Assembly (NCBI GenBank): GCA_041661645.1
Contig: JBAZUA010000002.1
Span: 97,944 to 161,943, forward strand
Reading direction: 5' to 3'
Source: Minisyncoccota bacterium
Lineage (GTDB): Bacteria > Patescibacteriota > Minisyncoccia > Phycocordibacterales > UBA6065
Length of the DNA stretch: 64,000 bases
A program made the position numbers and the translations under genes. How positions within the stretch are numbered: the stretch's first letter is position 1; each line of letters starts with the position of its first letter. The notes under the pieces are model-generated. The model was not told where the DNA came from and ran no database searches. It saw only the letters and a list, made by a program, of their open reading frames with translations. This document shows, in pieces, positions 59,244 through 64,000 of the stretch.

Positions 59244-60992
59244 ATGTCCACTCACGTCCAAGACATAAAGGAGCGCCTCGGCATCGCGGATGTCGTCGGC
59301 TCCTACATCAAGCTCGAGAAATCGGGTGCGAACTACAAGGCACGGTGTCCCTTCCACAACGAGAAGACGCCGTCCTTCTACGTGTCTCCCGATCGCGGAA
59401 CCTTCTATTGCTTCGGCTGCCAGGCGAAAGGGGACATATTCAGCTTCGTCGAGAAGTTCGAAGGCCTCGACTTCATGGGCTCCCTGAAGGTGCTCGCGGA
59501 GAGGGCGGGCGTCGTCCTCTCAAGGAACGACGCGGGCAAGGACAACAGGAAGGAGCTCCTCTACGAGATACTGGACAAGGCAACGGACTTCTTCGAGGGC
59601 AATCTCAAGGCCAATCCAGCTCCGCATCAATACCTCGTCGGGCGCGGCCTGACCGAGGAGACCATCACGCGGTTTCGCATAGGATTCGCGCCTGCGGAGT
59701 GGCGACTGCTCAGGAACTTCCTCAAGTCGAAGGGCTACAGGGACGCGGATGTCGAGGCCGTCGGCCTCATAAAGAAGACCGACAAGCCGGGCGCAGACCC
59801 CTATTACGACGCCTTTCGCGGACGTATCGTCTTCCCGATCAGTGACTCGTCGGGCAGGGTCGTGGCATTCACGGGACGAACCCTTGACGAGGTCGCCAAT
59901 CCGCCGAAATACCTCAACAGCCCCGAGACAGTCCTCTTCACCAAGTCCAAGGTGCTTTATGGCCTCGACAAGGCCAAGATAGACATCAGGAAGCGCGATT
60001 ATGCCATTCTGGTGGAAGGGCAGATGGACCTTGTCATGCTCCATCAGGCCGGCCACACCAACGCGGTGGCGGCCTCGGGCACGGCGTTCACCGAGGATAC
60101 CGGTCCCGACTCGGCCCTCGGCCTCCTGACCAGGCTCTCGGACAACATCGTCGTGGCGTTCGACTCGGACTCGGCGGGGCAGAAGGCGGCGAAGAGAATC
60201 GTGCCGGCCCTCTCCCTCATGTCCGCCATATCGCTCGGCATGAACGTCAAGATCATTGACATCAAGGGCGGCAAGGACCCCGCGGACATCATCAAGGAGG
60301 ACCCGAAGGCATGGGTCAAGATGATGGAGACCAAGAAACACTTCATCGAGTTCCTCGTGGACGCCCTCGTTGATAAGAAGGGGACGCCCGCAGAAATCGT
60401 GAAGCTCGTCAATCAAGACATCTTCCCATTCGTCCGCAGGATTCCAGGGGACACCCAGAAGTTCCAGGCCATAAAGCTCGTCGCCGACGGGCTGGCCCTG
60501 AACGAGGGGGCTCTTTGGAAAGATCTCCAGGAATATGTCCGCAAGAATCCCTCCGAGCGTCCGGCCGCATCGCCTCCCACCGAGGCAAAGGTCAAGGTCA
60601 ATCGGCTCGAATCGATAGAACGGAAGCTTATCGGCATACTCAACTCAAAGAAATATCTGAAGGGGGATGAATCTCAGAGGCAGAGGCTCGCGGCGGTGGT
60701 TGGCCCCGAGAGAATGTCGGTCATCGACAGGCTCTCTCCCGAGGACATCGCCGAGCTCACCCTCGAGGCCGAGGTCACCTACGGGGACGAGGGGAGGTTC
60801 GAGAGGGAGTATTCGGTACTCCTGCTCCATCTCGAAGAGGAATTCCTGAGGAAAAGGCTCAATGACAGGATGATGGAATTGCAGAGGGCGGAAAAGAGTC
60901 CGGACAAGGCGATGGTAGAGGGTTTGATGAGGGACATACAGTCGATTTCCAAGAGAATATACGAGGTGAAACAATTAACAACTGCGCTATAA
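59244..60992 (+). CDS. dnaG: DNA primase
   Basis: CPFHNEKTPSF..CFGC, KYLNSPET, VEGQMD, FDSDSAG, KDPAD. Confidence 0.97.
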   Translation: MSTHVQDIKERLGIADVVGSYIKLEKSGANYKARCPFHNEKTPSFYVSPDRGTFYCFGCQAKGDIFSFVEKFEGLDFMGSLKVLAERAGVVLSRNDAGKDNRKELLYEILDKATDFFEGNLKANPAPHQYLVGRGLTEETITRFRIGFAPAEWRLLRNFLKSKGYRDADVEAVGLIKKTDKPGADPYYDAFRGRIVFPISDSSGRVVAFTGRTLDEVANPPKYLNSPETVLFTKSKVLYGLDKAKIDIRKRDYAILVEGQMDLVMLHQAGHTNAVAASGTAFTEDTGPDSALGLLTRLSDNIVVAFDSDSAGQKAAKRIVPALSLMSAISLGMNVKIIDIKGGKDPADIIKEDPKAWVKMMETKKHFIEFLVDALVDKKGTPAEIVKLVNQDIFPFVRRIPGDTQKFQAIKLVADGLALNEGALWKDLQEYVRKNPSERPAASPPTEAKVKVNRLESIERKLIGILNSKKYLKGDESQRQRLAAVVGPERMSVIDRLSPEDIAELTLEAEVTYGDEGRFEREYSVLLLHLEEEFLRKRLNDRMMELQRAEKSPDKAMVEGLMRDIQSISKRIYEVKQLTTAL

Positions 60993-61000
60993 TACACCGT

Positions 61001-62227
61001 ATGCCTAAAAAGAATATAAAGACCACCAAAAAGGCCGCAAAGAAGTCAGTTTCAAAACCAGCTTCAAACAAGGCCCCAAAGAAGGTTTCCCGACCGCCCG
61101 CAAAGGTGCCTAAGCCTGCCAAGGCCGTGGTACTCAAGGGCAAGGACAAGGCCCGCGACATCGCAAAGAGGTCCGAGCGCCTGCTCGCCAAGGGCAAGGA
61201 GCGCGGCTTCATCACCTATGACGAGATTCTCAAGGAGTTTCCGACGGTCGAGGACGATATCATGTTCCTCGACGAGCTCTATCAGCGCCTCTCCAGCGCG
61301 GGCATCGACGTGCTCGAATCGGGCGGTATGCTCGACCTCGAGCCCGAGAAGGAGGTGGGCAAGAAGTACAGCTTCGGACGCTCGAGCGACTCGTCATATG
61401 ACTCGATCCAGATGTACCTCAAGGAGATCGGACAGTATCCTCTTGTGTCTGCGGCCATGGAGAAGGAACTCGCTCGACGCATCGAGGCGGGGGATGAGGA
61501 GGCAAAGAACCTTCTGGCCAAGGCAAACCTCCGACTGGTGGTTTCCATCGCAAAGAAATATGTCGGACGCTCCGCCGATCTCACCTTGCTGGATCTCATT
61601 CAGGAGGGAAACCTCGGCCTCTTCAAGGCTGTCGACAAGTTCGATTGGACCAAGGGATACAAATTTTCCACATACGCCACCTGGTGGATCAGGCAGGCGA
61701 TCACCCGCGCGTTGGCCGACCAGAGCCGAACCATCCGCGTGCCGGTGCACATGGTAGAGACCATTGCCAAGTACAAGCAGGTCGTCCGCCGACTGTCCCA
61801 GGATCTGGGACGAGACCCTCTCGCCGACGAGATCGCGACCGAGATGGGGCTTGAGGTGGAGAAGGTGTATCAGATCGAGAAAATCGACCAGGACACCGTG
61901 TCCCTCGAGTCACCTGTCGGCGACGACGGCGATGACGGTAAATCGACCCTTGGCGACTTCCTCTCTGATGACAAGATTTTGTCGCCGGATCAGGAATCGT
62001 CTCGCCGCATCCTCTCGGATCAGGTGAAGGCGATCCTCGACGACCTCTCGCCGAAGGAGCGAAAGATCCTCGAGATGCGACACGGCTTGAACGACGGCAT
62101 CACCCACACCCTCGAGGAGGTGGGCAAGGAGTTCGGCGTCACCCGCGAGCGCATCAGGCAGATCGAGGCGAAGGCGCACGAGAAGATCAGGCAGCACGAG
62201 AGGGTGAATCAGCTGAAGAACTACTAG
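61001..62227 (+). CDS. rpoD: Primary sigma factor
   Basis: ANLRLVVSIAKKY, DLIQEGN.GL, FSTYATWWIRQAI, TRERIRQIE. Confidence 0.97.
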   Translation: MPKKNIKTTKKAAKKSVSKPASNKAPKKVSRPPAKVPKPAKAVVLKGKDKARDIAKRSERLLAKGKERGFITYDEILKEFPTVEDDIMFLDELYQRLSSAGIDVLESGGMLDLEPEKEVGKKYSFGRSSDSSYDSIQMYLKEIGQYPLVSAAMEKELARRIEAGDEEAKNLLAKANLRLVVSIAKKYVGRSADLTLLDLIQEGNLGLFKAVDKFDWTKGYKFSTYATWWIRQAITRALADQSRTIRVPVHMVETIAKYKQVVRRLSQDLGRDPLADEIATEMGLEVEKVYQIEKIDQDTVSLESPVGDDGDDGKSTLGDFLSDDKILSPDQESSRRILSDQVKAILDDLSPKERKILEMRHGLNDGITHTLEEVGKEFGVTRERIRQIEAKAHEKIRQHERVNQLKNY

Positions 62228-62342
62228 GTAGTTTTCCTCCGCCCTCGCACCGGGCACGCGTATTCGCCTGGTGGCGAATCGCTCTGCTCGGCCCGTCGGC
62301 CTGCGCAGGGCCCTCTCTTGGGCGGAGGGAAACTCCTGTAGT
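62222..62342 (+). repeat. Structured repeat element copy D
   Basis: Stem 62230-62244/62320-62334, extendable into the rpoD stop codon; core shares TCGCCTG.TGGCGA and CTCGGCCCGTCGGCCT with copy A. Confidence 0.88.
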
Positions 62343-62359
62343 CCACATCGTGTTTTGCA

Positions 62360-62394
62360 AAAGCAAAAGCCGCCAAACTGGCGGCTTTTGCTTT
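62360..62394 (+). terminator. Intrinsic terminator after rpoD
   Basis: AAAGCAAAAGCCGCCA-AAC-TGGCGGCTTTTGCTTT. Confidence 0.8.
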
Positions 62395-62462
62395 ATTACA
62401 GTGAATATTCTATGCTGGTCACAAACCAAAACCTGTTCTATATGCTAATACTGAATATTTGT

Positions 62463-62633
62463 ATGCCGAAGAGGGGGTCTCTAAAAGGGAGTCCCTCGAC
62501 TCTTGCCAGGAACCTCAATGCCTATTCCCCTAAGGAGTGGAAGAGCTTCTTTGATGGTGTCACCCGAAGGGGCGAATCGAGAAGGATGCGTGAAGCCCGT
62601 GCAAGAGCAAGAGTCCAAAGACGTTTTGTATGA
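62463..62633 (+). CDS. Possible small basic protein
   Basis: 56 aa Arg-rich ORF followed by hairpin AAGCCACC/GGTGGCTT and T tract. Confidence 0.4.
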   Translation: MPKRGSLKGSPSTLARNLNAYSPKEWKSFFDGVTRRGESRRMREARARARVQRRFV

Positions 62634-62719
62634 TAGGCAAGCCACCGATAGGGTGGCTTTTTGTTGTCTAAAAAAGAAAACCCGCATCGGCTGGCGATGC
62701 GGGCTTGGGGCAGAGGGCT

Positions 62720-62860
62720 TCAGTAGTCCTCGATTTTTGGTGTTCCGAAGATAAGGAACATGACGGCGAAGAAGAACATGATCACAGGGGCTTGGATGAG
62801 TATCTTTGCCGTCTCGAGGTATTCCTCGGCCTTGCTCATGGGGCGAAGTGCGGTGTTCAT
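62720..62860 (-). CDS. 46-aa single-TM protein (not in the ORF track)
   Basis: Manual translation MNTALRPMSKAEEYLETAKILIQAPVIMFFFAVMFLIFGTPKIEDY; TTGACA promoter near 62923; terminator near 62670-62706. Confidence 0.55.
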   Translation of the reverse strand: MNTALRPMSKAEEYLETAKILIQAPVIMFFFAVMFLIFGTPKIEDY

Positions 62861-62947
62861 TGGGTGGGTAAGGGGAAGGAGCGGGGTTCCTTAAAATAAT
62901 ACCCCGAAAATGTCATCTGTCAATGTTCCACATTGCTCGACATGCAT

Positions 62948-62983
62948 AGAATAAACACCTCAATCAATTGAGGTGTTTATTCT
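62948..62983. repeat. Short palindrome family member
   Basis: AGAATAAACACCTCAAT-CA-ATTGAGGTGTTTATTCT; core is the reverse complement of the 50257 copy. Confidence 0.75.
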
Positions 62984-63025
62984 TGCCCTGCGTAAAGGTG
63001 AAAGGTCGGTGCTGCTTAGCCGAGA

Positions 63026-63577
63026 CTACTTTACCGCTATGAGCTGAACCTCGAAGACGAGGGTCGAGTTCGGCGGAATGAGGTTTCCGGCGCCGCGGGC
63101 TCCATAGCCGAGGTCAGGAGAGATGACGAGCCTTCGCGTGCCGCCCACCTTCATGCCCTGTATTCCGAGGTCCCAGCCCTGGATCACCTGGCCCACGCCG
63201 AGGGTGAACTCGAACGGCTGCCCGCGATCAACCGAGCTGTCAAACTTGGTCCCGTTCACGAGGGTTCCGACATAGTGCGCCTGAATCGTCTGTCCGGCCT
63301 TTGCCTCCGCTCCGGTGCCCACCTTCTCGTCATAGATCTCGAGGCCTGGGGTCTTTGATGTGTTCTGCATGGTTGTTATTGTTGCTGTTTCTGATGATGA
63401 TTCTGTCGTTGATCCCGTCGTCGAAGCGTTTACGTCTATTTGGGTGGTTGGGGTCTGGCCTGCCGGGGTGATCGTGCCCTTAAGCGTCTTCCAGATTGCC
63501 CCGCCGAAGAAGAGTATCGCGGCGGCGACGAGCGCGACGGCCACGGCTACCCACTCTCGTGTCTTTAATGTTCTCAT
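63026..63577 (-). CDS. FKBP-type peptidyl-prolyl isomerase with N-terminal TM
   Basis: HYVGTL..G.KFDSS.DRGQPF, VIQGWD, GYG, IPPNSTLVFEV. Confidence 0.95.
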   Translation of the reverse strand: MRTLKTREWVAVAVALVAAAILFFGGAIWKTLKGTITPAGQTPTTQIDVNASTTGSTTESSSETATITTMQNTSKTPGLEIYDEKVGTGAEAKAGQTIQAHYVGTLVNGTKFDSSVDRGQPFEFTLGVGQVIQGWDLGIQGMKVGGTRRLVISPDLGYGARGAGNLIPPNSTLVFEVQLIAVK

Positions 63578-63655
63578 TATGGTGTTTTAGCTAATACCGC
63601 ACCATTGTACTATAATGACAGCCATACAATCCATAGTAAGCAAGTATAAAGACAC

Positions 63656-64000
63656 ATGCTCAAGAATATTTGGAACAAGCCCCTCGATCATACCAACTTC
63701 TCGCGCGAGAAGCTCAAGAACGATGCCCGCAGGCGCATGGCAACCATAAACAGCGAGTTCCGTCACACCTTCAAGTTCCTTCTGAGTTATCCCCGTTCGG
63801 TAACCGTCTTCGGATCGGCAAGGTTCACCGAGGACCATCCGTGCTATGAGAGGGCCCGCGCTTTGGCGTCCCGCATATCGAAGGAGACGGGCTACGCCAT
63901 CGTATCTGGCGGCGGCGGGGGAATCATGGAGGCCGCCAATCGCGGCGCCTTCGAGGCCGGCGGCAAGTCTATCGGCATGAACATCATCCTCCCTCACGAG
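63656..64000 (+). CDS. LOG family (TIGR00730-like) protein, runs off window end
   Basis: Manual translation: VTVFGSAR, SGGGGGIMEAANRGA, SIGMNI.LPHE. Confidence 0.9.
   Translation, partial: MLKNIWNKPLDHTNFSREKLKNDARRRMATINSEFRHTFKFLLSYPRSVTVFGSARFTEDHPCYERARALASRISKETGYAIVSGGGGGIMEAANRGAFEAGGKSIGMNIILPHE

Noticed and set aside
63587-63997. 136-aa minus-strand ORF
   Set aside because: Antisense to the LOG-family gene starting at 63656
1-64000. CRISPR array, IS transposase, integrase, prophage, retron/DGR
   Set aside because: No regularly spaced repeats and no recognisable transposase, recombinase, RT or phage proteins
1-64000. Alternative genetic code (UGA=Gly, as in Gracilibacteria)
   Set aside because: Conserved genes are full-length under code 11 with no in-frame TGA, and several ORFs end in TGA followed by a terminator or the next gene

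Overview
Gene-dense chromosomal segment from a reduced-genome bacterium, most consistent with Patescibacteria/CPR (Parcubacteria-like). Supporting traits are the NusB-NUDIX fusion, short SMC, domain-trimmed PheS/PheT/Pyk and dispersed type IV pilins; the genetic code is standard (TGA = stop). Housekeeping genes include secG, pyrD, gpmA, pyk, uppP, fba, rplY, rpmE, prfA, rpsB-tsf, pheST, gyrB, thrS, dnaE, rnhB, rpmF, nusB, rnc, smc, rnr, rpsP-khpA, trmD and rpoB-rpoC-dnaG-rpoD, plus tRNA-Ser(GGA) and tRNA-Thr(UGU). Orphan ORFs with their own promoters and terminators are interspersed. I recognised no CRISPR array, transposase or integrase. The most interesting signals are non-coding: (1) a four-copy family of ~110-120 bp structured elements whose conserved, covarying three-way-junction core sits on a long stem that differs at each locus and can include the end of the neighbouring gene; (2) a ~385-nt highly structured RNA gene candidate at 36.0-36.4 kb with promoter, closing stem and terminator, matching no RNA I recognise; (3) a thrS T-box with an apparently ultrashort Stem I; (4) pervasive leaderless gene architecture. 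All calls are by eye, and no database search or folding program was run.
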